A stretch of 64,000 bases of DNA, taken from NCBI RefSeq assembly GCF_009914755.1, contig NC_060925.1; one strand, written 5' to 3'. The translations under genes and the position numbers were made by a program. Origin of the DNA: the human T2T-CHM13v2.0 reference genome, Homo sapiens. Under the pieces are notes generated by a model. The model saw only the letters and a list, made by a program, of their open reading frames with translations, had not been told where the DNA came from and ran no database searches. This document shows positions 43,577-56,939 of this stretch, in pieces. Positions within the stretch are counted from its first letter, which is position 1, and each line of letters opens with the position of its first letter.

Positions 43577-44130
43577 GTGTAAGCTTTGTGATGACCAAGT
43601 CGGGTAGGCTACACTACGTCTTTCAGAATTCTCTTTCTACTGCGTTTTCACATGAGGTAGGTCACAAGAGATACACTCTTGTGAGAATTGGAAAAGGCTA
43701 CAAAACAACCATATAGACACCTCCCAGTGATTCAATCATACACTAATCTAGGTGCTGCTGTGAAGGAATTTTTCAGCTCTAACTAAAGTTCTTACTTAGT
43801 TCACTTTAAGTCTTTAGAAAGGTATACCATCCTGAGTGGGTCTGATTTAATTAATCAGAAAAATGTTAAAAGAGAGGAGGCCCTTCCTGCATTCAGAGAC
43901 TACAAACTTCAGCTCATGCTCATGCGTAATTTGCCAGCGTAATCATGATTATCTCTTTTTGTGTTCCTTGACAACTTCTGCTTATTTAGTGAGTCCTCCA
44001 TTGTGTAAACATATACAGTGTAATACATATATATAATTATATACATAATTTATTTACGAGCTAAATAGCAATTATATTATATTTTATTTTATTACTAATT
44101 TTATGTTTCTATATAGCCTAACATGAATAT
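43577..44130 (+). mobile_element. MLT2 (MLT2F-like) 3' LTR of the ERVL
   Basis: Follows a degenerate PPT; ATTCAATCATACACTAATCTAGGTGCTGCTGTGAAGGAATTTT; TA-rich distal part. Confidence 0.75.
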
Positions 44131-44324
44131 ATGTAGAACTATTACAATAGTTGTGTTAACTGCTACCCTAATATCTAAATTATGTGATATGCATTTCATC
44201 AATTTTCTAAAAAATTGACATATTAACAATTGTTTTCTTCCATAATTAAGAAAGTGACAGAAGAATGACAAATAATTTGTTCTTCTTGATTACTGGGAAC
44301 ACAAAATTCAAAGACAATAAAAGC

Positions 44325-44428
44325 TAGGTGTGAATCCTGGTTCTACCACTAACTAGGCATATACTCGAATTATATAATTTCTCTAAACTTCAGTATTCTC
44401 ATCAATAGGAAAGAGATAATAATTTCAC
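44325..44428 (+). mobile_element. MIR 5' half (3' half at ~46522-46590)
   Basis: GTGAATCCTGGTTCTACCACTAACTAG..CTTCAGTATTCTCATC; resumes GGATTGTTATGAGGATTAA. Confidence 0.7.
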
Positions 44429-44713
44429 AGACCACAAGATGACTACAATACATTGTAGCTCCTCTTATTAGAAAGTAGATTCTTTCTCCACTACTTAAAT
44501 TTGGGCTGACCTTGTGAATTGCTCTGTTTATTGGAAGAGTTTGCAAATGTATTCTATGAAGTTGCATGAAAATGACTTCCACTTTGGTGTAAATGTGCTC
44601 CCTTTGAGACCTCTGCCACTGCCACTATATGAAAAAACTTCAGTTAGCCTATTGAAAGGTGGATGACATTTGGTCCTATAATTTCTGTCACCAAAACCAG
44701 GAACCAGCCAAAT

Positions 44714-45550
44714 TATAATACAGAGTCACTGCAGTATATATCTTTCTGTGTCTGGTTTCTTTCATGTAATATAATGTTCTCCAGGTTCATCCATGCTGTC
44801 AAAAATAACAAATTGTTGTTCTTCTTTATGGCTGAATAGTATTCCATTGTGTTTATATACCACATTTTGTTTATCCATTTATCTGTTGATGAACACTTTG
44901 ATTTCACATATTGGCTATTATGACTAATGCTTCAGCGAACATGGGAGAACAGATATCTCTCTGATATATTGATAACCTTGATTTCATTCCTTTGGATATA
45001 TACCCAGTAGTGGAATTGCTGCATCATATGGTAGTTCTATTTTTAATATTTTGAGGAACCTCCATATTGTTTTCTATAATGGCTCTATTTATTTATATTC
45101 CCATCAATAGTGTGTAAGTACAACTTCACGAATACTTGTTATTTTTTGGCTTTTTGATAATAGTCATTCTAACATATCCAAAGTGATATCTTACTGTGGT
45201 TTTTATTTGAATTTTCCTGATGATTAGTGATGTTGAGCTTTTTTCATATGACTGTTGGCCATTTGTATGTCTTCTTTTGAGAATTGTCTATTCATATCTT
45301 TTGTCCATTTTGTAATATGGTTATCTGTTTGGTTGCTATTGAGTTGTTTGAGTTCTTTGCACATTTTAGATATTAACCCCTTATCAAATATATAGTGTGC
45401 CAATGTAAAATCTAAAAAAGTTGATCTCATAGAAGCAGAGAGTAGAATGGTGACTATCAGAGTCATAAATGGTTAGAGAGGAGGAGGTAATAGGAAATGT
45501 TGGCAAAAGGATATATAATCACAAATATATAGGATAAATATTTTAAAATG
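44714..45550. mobile_element. L1MA with inversion (44714-45403 antisense, 45404-45550 sense)
   Basis: Antisense ORF2 end (KWINKMWYINTMEYYSAIKKN) joined to sense AATCTAAAAAAGTTGATCTCATAGAAGCAGAGAGTAGAATGG. Confidence 0.85.
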
Positions 45551-45833
45551 TGTCCAGAATAGCTCAGTATACTGTATGTTAAAAATAGTTGATAAATGAT
45601 TGCTTGGGTCTGGTTTTGGGAGAGAAGAGGATGGTGTCATGGAAAGGGAGAAATAGGAAATTATTATGAATGGTTATGGAGTTTCTTCTTTGTGTGATAA
45701 AAATGTTCTAAAATTGACTGTGATGATGGTTGTGCAACTCTGTGAACATCCCAAGAATGATTGTGTTATATACTTTAAATGCATAAATTGTAAGATATAT
45801 GGATAATATTTCAATGAAACTGTTTAAAAATTA
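45551..45833 (+). mobile_element. L1MB-like 3' end
   Basis: AAAATGTTCTAAAATTGACTGTGATGATGGTTGTGCAACTCTGTGAA..TTCAATGAAACTGTT. Confidence 0.82.
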
Positions 45834-46010
45834 AACAGAGCCACTGAGCAGTAATTATAGACATACTCATGAGCTCACATGAAACAGCAGATTGTCCCAG
45901 ATAATCAAAGCCTAAATTATCATTCCCTAGAATTATGATCTAAGAAAACAGTTGTATTTTGCCATTGAGCTTTGGAATCATTTATTCTGTAGCAAAAGTT
46001 AACTTATACA

Positions 46011-46521
46011 TGTAATTGGAGGTCTTTATGTTAAGTAAAATAAGCCAGACCCAGAAAGAAAGGCATTGACTGTCTCACTTATTTTGTGGGATCTAAAAAT
46101 CAAAACAATTAAACATATGGAGACTAGAGTAGAAGGATGGTTACCAGAGGCTGGGAAGGGTAGTGGGGGTGGGGGTGAGGTAAGGATGGTTATTGGGTAC
46201 AAAAAAATAGTTTGATAGAATTAATAATACTTAGTATGTGGTAGCACAGTAGGGTGGCTATTGTCAAAATAATGTAATTATAAATTTTAAAATAACTAAA
46301 AAAGTATAACTGGAGAGTTTGTAACCAAAGGATAAACGCCTGAGGGAATGGATACCCCATTTTCTATAATGTGATTATGATGCATTGCATGCCTGTATCA
46401 AAATATGTCAAGTACCCCACAAATATGTATACCTACTATATACCCACAACAATTAAAAGTAAAAAATTTAAACAATCTACTATGTAGCCACAGCAATTAA
46501 AAATAAAAAAATTAAACAAAT
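46011..46521 (+). mobile_element. L1MA2-like 3' end with duplicated terminus
   Basis: GTGGGATCTAAAAATCAAAACAATT, GATGGTTACCAGAGGCTGGGAAGGGTAGTGG, GCATTGCATGCCTGTATCAAAA. Confidence 0.9.
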
Positions 46522-48580
46522 CTGCTAAGGATTGTTATGAGGATTAATTAGTCAAGTATTATATTTGTCATGCTTAGCACACAGTAAGTAATGTTGCCTC
46601 TTTCATTTTTCAAATAGACACAGTGATTTGTCAGCTGTTGATCTGGTCTTCAATTGCACTTACAGAAACTTTAGTATTGCTGAATATTTTATAATAATAA
46701 AATTTTACAAATATATATAAATTAAAATTTTAACCTTACTAATGGATGATTCTACTACTTGATCTTCATCCTAACACTAAGTAGTTGATGCCATTACTTC
46801 CTTTTATGAATAAACTGAAACTTAGGGAATTTACCTTTCTTACAGACAGCTAGTTACTGTCATAGCCAGTCTTCAAGCTAAGATTGCCTAATTCTAAATG
46901 GGGAAATTTTTCAATTACACTCTAACTGAACAATGAATCATAATATTCAACTCTGGTACAAAATAATTCATGCAAATACCATCTTCATAACTTCCTGCTT
47001 GTTAAAAATGTTCATTTAATACAAAATAATATTAAGGTTGAAGGAAGCAACACATTCTAAGGGCAGAAACTGAGACTATACTGAATAGTGATAATGAATT
47101 ATTTTCTTTGGGGGAAGGCAAGGGTTTTCTGGGTAAAACAGGGCTTGAAATAGTAGAATTAGGTAGATTGAAACCCAGTCCATGCTGCTAAAAAGAAAAT
47201 GAAGACAGGGATAATTATATATGTAAATGAAGTAGGGAAAATTATTGTAGGAAGATAATGCATTACTTGTCTAGATTGGGTTTAAAGAAATGGGGTATAT
47301 TACATAGGTGACAATTTTCTAATCTCCAGGTTAGTACTTACAGTCATTGGTTCACATGTCTGAGTCTCTGTTAGTTTACCCAGTCTTTGAGTGTGACAAC
47401 AAATAATGTATTTTTAAATTATTCCACATTGTGCAAAGCTACCACAAAGTAATGGCTCAAAAGTATGTGAGCTAAATTAATTTAATGTTTGCTCTATAGT
47501 GTTATGACCTTATCCTAATATACTGTGCCTGGAAGCCAATCACATCACAAAAAGAGGTAATTTGAGATTTTCAAAATGGACCTCCAAGGATTGAAAGTGC
47601 CACAATCCAAGACAATTAAGTGGAAAATATTTCTATGATTTTTTTTGAAATTTTGTTAAAATAATTTCCTGTTGTTTTACATTAACAAATTGCAATGACA
47701 AACACATCATTTTGTATTTTTTCTTTTACTATTTCTAAATTATATTATTGTACATTATGACTTCTTTTACTTAAAATGCACACACACACAGACAAATATA
47801 TATGAAGATATATATTTAATGGTATCTAACTAGAGGTGCCTGATGCAGTTTCTATGCTTCCTACTAAAATATAATGTAAGTTGAAAAAAAGGATGGAAGT
47901 TACATTAACCTCTAAAGCTACCTTTATTGCTAAATTATTTTTAGCGATTGAGTAGATTTTGCAAACTCAGACAATTAACAGCAACTGTGGAACAAAATAG
48001 GTAGTTTACACATACTTTGCCAAGAAAAAAGTATAACTGACAATATGATAACAAAGGCCTTGATATCTGTGGAATAAGGGAGGCAGTGAAATGAAAAGAA
48101 ACTCTACAACTGTAAATAGCTGGAGAATTAAAATGCGTTAATTTTTGTATTAAATTATTATAAAAACATAAGACAATTTACAGTATCATTAAACCTAGTC
48201 ATGTATATAACTAAAATCCTTTCATGTCTTATAAAAATAATAATTTTCTTGTATTTTATGTAAAAACATACATATTCAGAAATAAACTTATAAAATAAAT
48301 ACCCGAATTAAATAAGTATAAAAATCAATCGTACAGCTTATATATATAAATCATTTATTTGCATATTCAATGGCAAAAAATACATTTGAAAACAAGTGAA
48401 CATTTAATTATGCTGGACTGGCATTTTGGTATATCAGTGAGTACACATACATATCAGTCTGGAAATTTTGTTGCTACTAACCATGCAGACAATATTATAT
48501 TTTCTTTTCAAGTATAGACATCTAAAACTACAAATATCAAACCCTTCCATGTGAAAGCAATTGTTTATCTATTTTACATA

Positions 48581-48678
48581 TAAAAGGATCTCTAAGTTAA
48601 TGATGGTTCGACTTACAGTTTTTCAATTTATGATGAGTTTACTGAGATGTGACCCCATTGTAATTTGATGAGCAACTT
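48581..48678. mobile_element. MER47/Tigger5-derived ~100-bp MITE
   Basis: GATGGTTCGACTTACAGTTTTTCAA..GACCCCATTGTAA..GAGCA. Confidence 0.65.
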
Positions 48679-49064
48679 TTCATGAACTTAAGCTTTTCAT
48701 AACCTAACAAGCTCACATGTAGGAAGCATAGTCCACAGAGAGAAGGAGAGATTTGGAACAAGTCAGCTGCAGTGTTTGAGGGTAGTTATTATTCCTTTGG
48801 AAGTGTACAGCTTACAAACTTGCAGAGATAACTTTGAAGATTCATAATTTTATTTTAAACATAACATAATCTTTTCTAGAAAAATAATCACAAAATCAAA
48901 TGTCTCCAGTAGCCTACCAAATAAATACATTGGCCTAGATATAAAAAAAAAATTCAAGTGTCCAAAATATGAAATACATTTTTGTTGAATTTCTGTGCAA
49001 AAATTAGTATGTGATATTAGAAATTATCTTTGACATTCACCAGTGAAACACAATTTTCATATTT

Positions 49065-49885
49065 TAATCAATAGACTATTTTATTGCTGTTTTAGGCATA
49101 CAAAAATTGCATAAAAAGCACAGAAAGTTCCTATATACATTCTGCCACTCTATATCTTCCCTGCCCACCTCCTTGAGTTTAGACTGTAATTAACATATTG
49201 CATTAGTATGGTGCATTCCTTGCAATGATGAATGAATATTGTTGCATTATTATTAACTAAGGTCCATAGTTATGCTAACATTTACACTTTTTTTTTTACA
49301 GTTCCATGGGTTTTACCAATACATAACACCATGTATCCGCCATTACAGAATCATACAGGATAGTTTCCCTACCCTAAACATCCCTCTTTCTGCCCCACCC
49401 ACCAACTCCCTGACAACAACTATCTTATTTGCTTTTCTCAGAATATCACATAGTTAAAAGTATACAGTATGCAGGCTTTCAGTAATGTTTTATTGTACAT
49501 AATAACATATAATTAAGAGTTTTAAAAAATCTTTTTATGGCTTGATCTCATACCTTTTGGTTGCTGTATAATATTCCATTGTATAAATGCACTCACAGTT
49601 GTATTTTAGCCATTCATCTATGGAAGACATCTTGATTGAGTTCAATTTTTGTCAATTTGAATAAAGCTTCAAGTTTATTTGTATGCAGATTTTGATGTTT
49701 TCAACTCATTTAGGTAAAAAACTAATAGTGAGAGTTCCAGATCATATGGTAAGCCTATGTTTATCTTTCTTACAAACAGCCAAATTATCTGGCAAAGTGG
49801 TTGTATCCTTTTGCTTTCCCAAAGCAATGAGTGAGAATTTCTACTGCTCTATATCTTCTCCAGTTTTTTGCTGTGTTTTGGAGTT
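49065..49885 (-). mobile_element. L1MC1/2-like 3' end
   Basis: CATTATTATTAACTAAGGTCCATAG, CATGTATCCGCCATTACAG..CATACAGGATAGTTTC. Confidence 0.82.
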
Positions 49886-50397
49886 TAATTATTTATTTTG
49901 GAGCTTAATTAATTATTATTTTAACAAAAATACATTTTAGTATTTCATTTTTATTTTGATTAGAACCCAAATCTAATCCATTTTGTTGGAAATTTAGACA
50001 TAGTCTAGTAGCTAAGTGCTTTGGTCCTAGAAACAAATTTTGTAAACTCAAACTTCAAATATACTACTTACTACATAAGAAAAAATAGGGTAACTATTCA
50101 ATATGTGCTTCAGTAACTTGATAGGTAAAATAGAGATAATAATATCATCTACCATTTAGATTTGTTACTATAATTAAGATATGTCATAAAATAATGATAA
50201 CAGTACCTGGCCCATAGTAAACTCTTTAGTCCTTCAACTGGATAAAACAGTTTCATTCATTTTTAAACCAAGGGAAGCAGTTAGACATATAAGTATACAT
50301 CGATAGAATTGTTCTAATTATATTTGATTTTAAAAATTAATTTTATGAAGACTCATTCACATAATATGTAAAATACATTTTGTATATTATATATTAT

Positions 50398-50463
50398 TCA
50401 CATATATACACACACACATATATATATACATATATATATAGAGAGAGAGAGAGAGAAAGAGAG
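50398..50463. repeat. Compound (CA)n(TA)n(GA)n microsatellite
   Basis: Directly visible. Confidence 0.9.
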
Positions 50464-50950
50464 TAATAAATGCTAATTAAATAGTTCAGGAAAGAGTTGC
50501 ACTAGACCTAGCAGAGGTGGAGTGGTGAGCAGTGGTCAGATTCTGAAAGTTAAGCTAGTAATATCAGGAGATTGTTATGGAATGGATGTGGGAAGTGAAA
50601 GAAACAGAGGACTTAATTATAATTTTTTAATATACCTGCCTCAGTGTCCTAAGTGCTGGGATAGCCACCACACCCAGCCTAATTTTTTTGTTTTAAGAGG
50701 AAAATAAATAATTCGTTCACCAAGAATACGATTATTGGAACTTGAGTAAAATAGAAACAAAATATCATATTATTTGGAAAATATTTTGTGATTTCTATGC
50801 AAACAAAATTTCTCTAGATGCTTTTGCCCGTTAACTTTTTATCCTACTCCCACTTTCTCTGCCCTTTCTTAGTTTCATACAATGAACAATTGGGGTGAAT
50901 GAGTTTAATGAGTAATAATTGGAGTTGGAAATGAGAGCAAAAACATACGA

Positions 50951-51199
<249 letters not shown>

Positions 51200-51272
51200 T
51201 TATCCTACACAATTCATAAATAGCTAAGGGAATTAAGACTCAATAGTGTAATATGACCTTCTTCAAGGTCAC

Positions 51273-51657
51273 TGTCTCAGCATGCTAATAATGCCATAAC
51301 AAAATGCCAGACTGGGTGGCTTAATCATTTTTGTTCTCACAGTCTAGAGGTTGAAAGTCCAAGATCAAGGTGTCAGTAGGGTTGGTTTCTCCTGAGGCCT
51401 CCCTTCTTGGCTTGGAGTTGACTGCTTTATTTGTATCCTCACATGGCCTTTAAGTTGTGTGTGTGTTCACCTTCCTGGTGTCTCTTTCTCTTCTTATAAG
51501 TACACCAGTCAGGATGGATTAAGGCTCCCCATACTACCTCATTTACCCTTAATTACTTTTTAAAGGACCACTGTCCAAACACAGTCACATTCTAAGGTAT
51601 TGTGGGTTAGGACTTCACCACACGACTTATATGGGGGGCACAATTAAGTCCATAACA
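51273..51657 (-). mobile_element. MLT1A-like MaLR solo LTR inserted into a MIR
   Basis: AAGTCCAAGATCAAGGTGTCAG, CTCTTCTTATAAG, CAGTCACATTCT; TG..CA ends; 5-bp TSD GTCAC/ATCAC; MIR core split at AAGGTCAC|AGAGCTA. Confidence 0.9.
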
Positions 51658-54600
51658 ATCACAGAGCTATTAAATAATATAACTGAATTTACTTACTTTC
51701 AGACTCCAATGTACACGTTCCTTCCACTGTACCGCAGTATGTATGAAATCGAACATAGGTCTAAGGCTAAAGATAGAGGTAAGAATACGGAGTACATAGA
51801 GAACAGAAATTACCCAGGGAGGCTTGAGTTCAATTTCTTCTTGAATTATTGTCCACTCTGCATTGAGTTAAATTACCTTTATTCCCTCTTTGGATTAAAA
51901 TAAAAATAATTCTTGCAAAAAATTTCTTATAACTCTTCTGGTAAAAACAAAGTATGATAGCAGCAGTGTAAAAAGATTACAAAATTGACTCATAATTAAG
52001 CTATAGTGCTGTTGAAATTCTCTTCTTTCAGAAAGATAATTCTTAAATATTTAGAGCAACATTAAAAATTTATAATAGGATTACTCCTCAAAATATGCTT
52101 TGAAACCTTGAATATCCTCATCTTATTTTCTTTTCATGCCTTGGTGACTTTACTTCTTATGCTTCTCTGGACATTGGAATTACCCTTCTGCTTTAACCTT
52201 TAAGATAGAGCCCAAAACTTTTTATACCAAAGGGTACATACCAAAGGGTACATGGTAAAAGCTGACCTTAAAAAAAGTCTATATATCAAGTCTCTCTCTA
52301 TGTAACAGTGATTTTTAATTAAACGAATGTGTGTCTAAAAAAGGAAATTCCTGTTTTCCCAGCACATGGGTAAATGTTAAGGCTGTTAATAAATTCCTAA
52401 TATTACGTACAGTTAACAGTAACTTTACATGCCTACATCCATTGTTTTTTTTCCCCCTGTTTGGGATGTGTAACGAAATGAACACAGATTTAGATGCAGA
52501 TATAGAAATTCTAAGATATGCATATATATTTTGTACATGTTAATGTGTAAAGATGAATACATCTATATATTTTTTTAAGCACTTAATTTTATTTAAGATG
52601 AGAATTTTATGGTTAACTTAGAGTTTGTTGTCTTTTGGTAATCTTCCATGTATTAAAAATAAATAGTGTGGCTTGAGTAAGAATTTTTGCACAGCTCCAT
52701 CACTCCAAAAAACTAAGTGACATCTGGGACCCATTCAATAATATAACACTCAGTAATAAACAATTGAATGAAAATAAATCTCCTTTAAATAATCATTGTA
52801 TTTTTGGAAATTAAACAACAACAAGAAAAAGCATGCCAGAAGCCTTCCTCTAAAGAAAATTAAAATCTACCTAATAGCATTCCTTCATTTTCCTGGGAAC
52901 TTTATTGCTTTCAGTAATAAGGTAAAAAAGTATTTTCTTTTGGCCAGAAGCTTAGAAAAATGGATCCTACAAAAATGTTTCAGGCCGCTATTTTTATTTT
53001 TAGTGTTTCCAGTTGTATATACTTAACATCAGAATCCAGGTGGATTTTTACCGTTCTCGTATTGATTTTGCTTTAAAAGATTAAAGCATTTTACAATTCT
53101 GAAATAAATATAGTTTATTAGCACTGAATTTGATTTGTTTAATGATATCACCTACACTTATATCTGAGAGATAAAACATTCATAACACTATATGGCAATT
53201 CTTAAATTTTTAGAGAGCGTATTAAAATAGCAATCATACCTAAGTGTACAAATAGGCATGGTGTATTTTAAGAGTTTCTGATGTTTAAAGACACATTTTA
53301 TAACTAAAATTAAAAAATTACTTTTGTTTTTATGGCATTTGATTTTTGCATAGCTTTTGCTTTACATATTCTAATTAAAAATTGCATATATATGTTTTAA
53401 TTTAGAAAACACATACTTAGGAGGAAAAAAAATCCATTTCACCCCATTAGATTTCACTTCTCTGTTAGGAATGTTCCTTGAGCCTTGTGTGTTCTTTTAG
53501 ACCTTTTCCTATGTGTTTCCATAAATAACTTATTATGCATATCTTTTCATTTTCATACATGTCACCATACCCTATATAGTACTGTTATGCCTTTTTCTAA
53601 TAGCAGTAACATAAATTATATACTCAGTGTTTTAACTTTATAGGAAAGCATAAAACTACCTGGTATTGAAATTAGAACATTCTGATATTTTAAAATGTAG
53701 TAAGCAAGGCCCATGGGAAAGGGGAATGATGGAAATCCAGACCTCAGGGCCCTGCCCTAGATGCTGGGTTTTGGATAATCACCATTGGCAGGCAAAGCTA
53801 ACACAAAGCCCTGAGAGAATAGTAGTTCTGTGATTAAAATAGAGATCAGAGAAAGAAGAGAAATCCCACAACTAGCTTTTTTATATTAAATTTGTGCAAT
53901 GAAATCTGCCATTATATATGATTACATTGATTAGACAGCCTTCTTCTAATGAGACTTCAGGTACTCAGTTTCTGTCTTCATTATTGCTAATTGTGTTTTT
54001 TGTTGTTATTGTGTCCAAAAATGTTAAGGAGCAGTGTCTACAAATAAACACAAGGTAATACAACGTACTTTTTTGCCAGTCTGCTTCTCTCCCATTCAAG
54101 GTGATTACCATAATCATTCCATAATTACTGCACGTAAAGATTTGAGTTGATAACCACTCCTGGGTAGGAATATAAGTACTCCTTCATATAATCTTATAAA
54201 GAATTCAAACCTTTCTGATTAATCACTCTATTTTTTCATAGTTTTTCTTTTGTTAAAATATCATCACAGAGTAGATTACAATGACTTGAGCAAAAAAGGT
54301 TAGTCAAAGGGCCTAAATACCCCCAAGTGGCACTATCTACCTCTATATGCCCCAGGTTTAAGTCAAGAAGACAATAAGTTAAGCAATTATTCTTAGAGAT
54401 GTAATGATGAATTTCAAACACACTTTTCCATTTTTTTGTGCTACATGGAATCATCTAGTCATATTCAATGTGAATATTTTAGTAAGGACATTTCATCTCA
54501 TGAGTTCTAAAGCATATAAACAATTCTGAGAATATTTAGCAGGATAAAATCCCAAATTATCACTGCACATAAACACAATTCTTCCTGTCTTTAATGGACA

Positions 54601-55554
54601 TTTCTCAAATGTGTACAATTTGTCTTTCTACAGAAAAAATTCTACTTTGTTATGTAACTCACATCACAATATCCTACATCATAAATCTTCCTTTTTAATG
54701 CATAAGCTTGGAGTCACACCAAGAACAAACTATACTTTGCTGAGCTCTTTGAAGACACAGAGAGCTTTGGAAATGAATAAATATCTCTAAAGAAATGTCC
54801 TGACAAAGCAATAATGAAAAGATCATGCCATTTTTCATGCTAAGCATTTGTGTTTTTAAATAATAGCTGTGTACTAAAATTAGTTTAAATTACTGATAAT
54901 TAGAAACATTATATTAAAAGAGAAAATCAGAACTACCTTAATACCAGATTAAGTACACTGATGTAAATATTGTATCAAAATGACATTCCTTTGATAATGA
55001 CATTCAGATTTATTCTCAAAGCTTTTTAACTTTTCCTAAAGATCAAGGGCAGAGAGTTTTGCATTTTCTATTTTATTGTAACTTGGGGCCAATTTTTAAC
55101 TATTATTGCTTTAAGAATAATGGCTTATGTCTGATGCTGAAATAAGAACAAATTATACAAATACCAGATTATGAATTTAAATGAATACATGGAGAATATA
55201 AGAAGTATAGAGCAAACCATAAAAATAGTAGTGTATTTGTTAAAATACTTTAGAACACTGCTTTGACCAATAAAATATTTAATATCTTAAGTTATCTGAA
55301 AAATAAAATAGAAAGCAAAAACTGTCAGGTACTTTTTATTGAATTTCCTTATAAGAGTTAATTTAAGTATCATAATATGTAGTTGAGAGACAGATGACAT
55401 GGCAGTAATGTTTGTCTTCCTGCTACAGGATTGCTTTGGTCAAAATTTCTATCAACCTAAAACACCTTCAAACAATCGATCAGACACAATTGCAAACTTC
55501 AAAATACAGCTGGATTAAAATGCCTGCAATGTATTTGTTAGCTTGCTTACCAAA

Positions 55555-55690
55555 GTAGGCAACTACTTTCTTTTAATCTGCAGTTCTTCATGTGTAAAAT
55601 AGAAAAAAAAAAATCATGTGTGCTTTTCAGGGCTGTTGTGATGTGTAAATAAGGTGAGAGCCTGCTGCATGATAGCTTCTCAATAAGTGA
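55555..55690 (+). mobile_element. MIR fragment
   Basis: CAGTTCTTCATGTGTAAAATAG..CAGGGCTGTTGTGA..CTCAATAA. Confidence 0.6.
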
Positions 55691-56071
55691 TATGTCATTG
55701 CATCAGTTTTTTCACTGAAGATCCTGGGAATTTTCCCATCCTTGGGTCGACGCCTTATGTTTTTAAATGGTTGCAGAAATACTTGTAGTGGCCCTAGCAT
55801 GAACTATGAAATAATAAGATATACAGTTTATAAGGTTTTTCTAATACATTAATTGACTCTGAGATTGGAACAAAAGAATGGTTTCAGTATAGAACTACCT
55901 GTGGGAATGAAAGGGAGTTTATGTAAAAGGTATTGAACATCCTCTGGCTAAATGCTTGAGAGTTTTGATCTTGAAGGTGACCTAAATATAAAATTACCTA
56001 ATTTTCATGTTGAAAGAGGGGATGAGGAAATGCCTTTTAAAAAGAAACTTTAACTTTCCTGAGATTAGCAT

Positions 56072-56266
56072 TTTATCAATTGTTGCAATTAATTGCTTAT
56101 TTCTAGTTTAAGTATAAATACTTACACATTGTAAAAAAGCATTCGTGAACATGAAGGTATAGCAATAGAAACTCTAAAATAAACACAGTGAGAGAAGAAC
56201 ATTAAAATCTCTAGTTTAAGTACATATACTTAAACTAGAAATAAACAATTAATTACAATTGATAAA
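56072..56266. repeat. Interrupted inverted repeat (arms 56072-56116 and 56225-56266) containing a copy of 57671-57758
   Basis: TTTATCAATTG..AATTAATTGCTTATTTCTAGTTTAAGTATA pairs with TATACTTAAACTAGAAATAAACAATTAATT..CAATTGATAAA. Confidence 0.92.
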
Positions 56267-56346
56267 TATATATATCTTATTGAAAAGGGTGAGATTAATA
56301 GAGATCAAAAGATTGACACATTTGTCTTATATTTAAACTTACGTAT

Positions 56347-56660
<314 letters not shown>

Positions 56661-56939
56661 TTATGTACTATATAAAATATATCCAAGAAAAAGGATAAAT
56701 ACATTTTTGTTTGTATGTATGTGTAAGAAAGTTATTCCATGTCTTATATAGATAGAAGTCTTACTGAAGTGGAGACGGTATTTAACATGTTTACAACTAC
56801 TCCAGAAATGATTTGAAATGACTTGATTATTGGGCAAAAATTGTGTTATGAACATACTTTACATTGTGTGTTATTAAAATATGTAAGTATTTGTACTGTA
56901 AATTAATGTTTAAACCCAATTTTACATAAGATAATGCAT

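Larger units (their letters stand above)
44430..46010 (+). mobile_element. MLT1 (MLT1G-like) MaLR LTR split by L1 insertions (pieces ~44430-44710 and ~45834-46010)
   Basis: TGGGCTGACCTTGTGAATTGCT in the 5' piece; GCCATTGAGCTTTGG..GTAGCAAAAGTTAACTTATACA terminus. Confidence 0.7.

Noticed and set aside
52224-52251. Perfect 14-bp tandem duplication ATACCAAAGGGTAC (similar short duplications at ~2534-2579, ~10157-10189 and 41443-41479)
   Set aside because: Ordinary short slippage duplications with no further structure.
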